A stretch of DNA of 64,000 bases, from the NCBI GenBank assembly GCA_025457615.1, contig JALOTZ010000005.1, forward strand, positions 10,216-74,215. Direction: 5' to 3'. A program made the translations under genes and the position numbers. The notes under the pieces were generated by a model that was not told where the DNA came from, searched no databases, and worked only from the letters and a program-made list of their open reading frames with translations. Position 1 is the first letter of the stretch, and each line of letters begins with the position of its first letter. The stretch comes from Verrucomicrobiota bacterium. GTDB taxonomy: Bacteria > Verrucomicrobiota > Verrucomicrobiia > Limisphaerales > DSYF01. Below, piece after piece: positions 63,387 to 64,000 of this stretch.

Positions 63387-64000
63387 ATGCGCACCTTGAT
63401 CAAACATCTGCTCGCCACCGCGGAACCCCGGGATAACGTGCTGGTTCAGGGCTGGATTCGCACCCGGCGGGATTCCAAGGGTTTTTCCTTCCTCGAAATC
63501 AACGACGGGTCCTGCCTCGCGGGCATCCAGGTGGTTGCGGACGCCGCCATCCCGGGCTACGCGGACATCCACAAGCTGGCCACCGGCGCATCGCTCGAGG
63601 TGGAGGGGCGTCTGGCTGCCTCGCCGGGCGGCAAGCAGAAGTGGGAAGTCCAAGCCGCCCGACTGACACTCCTGGGGGAGGCGGGACCGGACTATCCGCT
63701 TCAGAAAAAGGGCCACACACTCGAGTTCCTGCGCAGCATTGCGCATCTGCGTCCGCGCTCGAACCTGTTCGGCGCGGTGTTCCGGGTGCGCAGCCGCCTG
63801 GCCTACGCCGTCCATGAGTTCTTCCAGAGCCGCGACTTCATCCATGTCCACACCCCGATCATCACCGGCAGCGATTGTGAGGGAGCCGGCGAGATGTTTC
63901 GGGTCACCACGCTCAAACCCGGCGCCGCGGCCCATCCGGCGGCCGATTTCTTTGGAAAGCCCACCTACCTGACCGTGAGCGGGCAACTCGAGGGCGAAGC
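63387..64000 (+). CDS. asnS: asparagine--tRNA ligase (5' part, runs off the window)
   Basis: My own translation from ATG 63387: MRTLIKHLL...VQGWIRTRRDSKGFSFLEINDGS...YPLQKKGHTLEFLRSIAHLRPRSN...HTPIITGSDCEGAGEMFRVTT. No stop codon before the window end. Confidence 0.85.
   Translation, partial: MRTLIKHLLATAEPRDNVLVQGWIRTRRDSKGFSFLEINDGSCLAGIQVVADAAIPGYADIHKLATGASLEVEGRLAASPGGKQKWEVQAARLTLLGEAGPDYPLQKKGHTLEFLRSIAHLRPRSNLFGAVFRVRSRLAYAVHEFFQSRDFIHVHTPIITGSDCEGAGEMFRVTTLKPGAAAHPAADFFGKPTYLTVSGQLEGE

Noticed and set aside
1-64000. Search for mobile elements, prophage genes, integrases, transposases, a CRISPR-cas locus or a compositional island
   Set aside because: No such genes or repeats were recognised, and base composition looks uniform by eye. 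The accessory loci appear native rather than recently transferred, although I could not compute GC skew or codon statistics.

Overview
Visibly GC-rich chromosomal segment with dense coding on both strands. I found no rRNA, tRNA, CRISPR array, integrase or transposase. The gene content suggests a diderm member of the PVC superphylum, probably Verrucomicrobiota-like. This is inferred from an H-X9-DG prepilin-like protein, an exosortase/EpsI fusion, LPS heptose genes, LpoB/YcfL lipoproteins and Tat-exported TIM-barrel enzymes.

Housekeeping genes recognised: rsmB, mutS, nadE, a type IIA topoisomerase pair (parC/parE-like), purA, uppS, the rpmH-rnpA-yidD-yidC-jag operon, an Hsp70 paralog, glmS, gmhB, hypF-hypC and a partial asnS.

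Accessory blocks:
- an envelope-lipoprotein cluster (12.0-17.2 kb)
- a GH13 enzyme
- an LPS-core/glycosyltransferase block (21.8-24.5 kb)
- an ArnC/ArnT-like pair followed by exosortase-EpsI, a priming sugar transferase and UXS (26.4-33.3 kb)
- a putative sphingolipid locus (57.5-62.1 kb)

The most interesting candidate is a tightly coupled four-gene operon at 40.4-45.3 kb, directly downstream of jag. It has two small WXG100-like proteins carrying W-x-D instead of W-x-G, a 174-aa helical protein, and a 1311-aa EssC/EccC-like FtsK/SpoIIIE ATPase with two TM helices. This looks like a minimal type VII-like secretion module in an apparently outer-membrane-bearing bacterium, and no other known T7SS membrane component is in the window.

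Other non-genic signals:
- a dispersed ~110-210 bp structured repeat in three intergenic copies
- a 9-bp GATC-containing tandem repeat in front of the WXG/FtsK operon
- a promoter plus intrinsic-terminator leader upstream of purA

Many long ORFs in the supplied track are antisense artefacts of the high GC content and were rejected. All homology calls come from reading motifs by eye. No searches were run.
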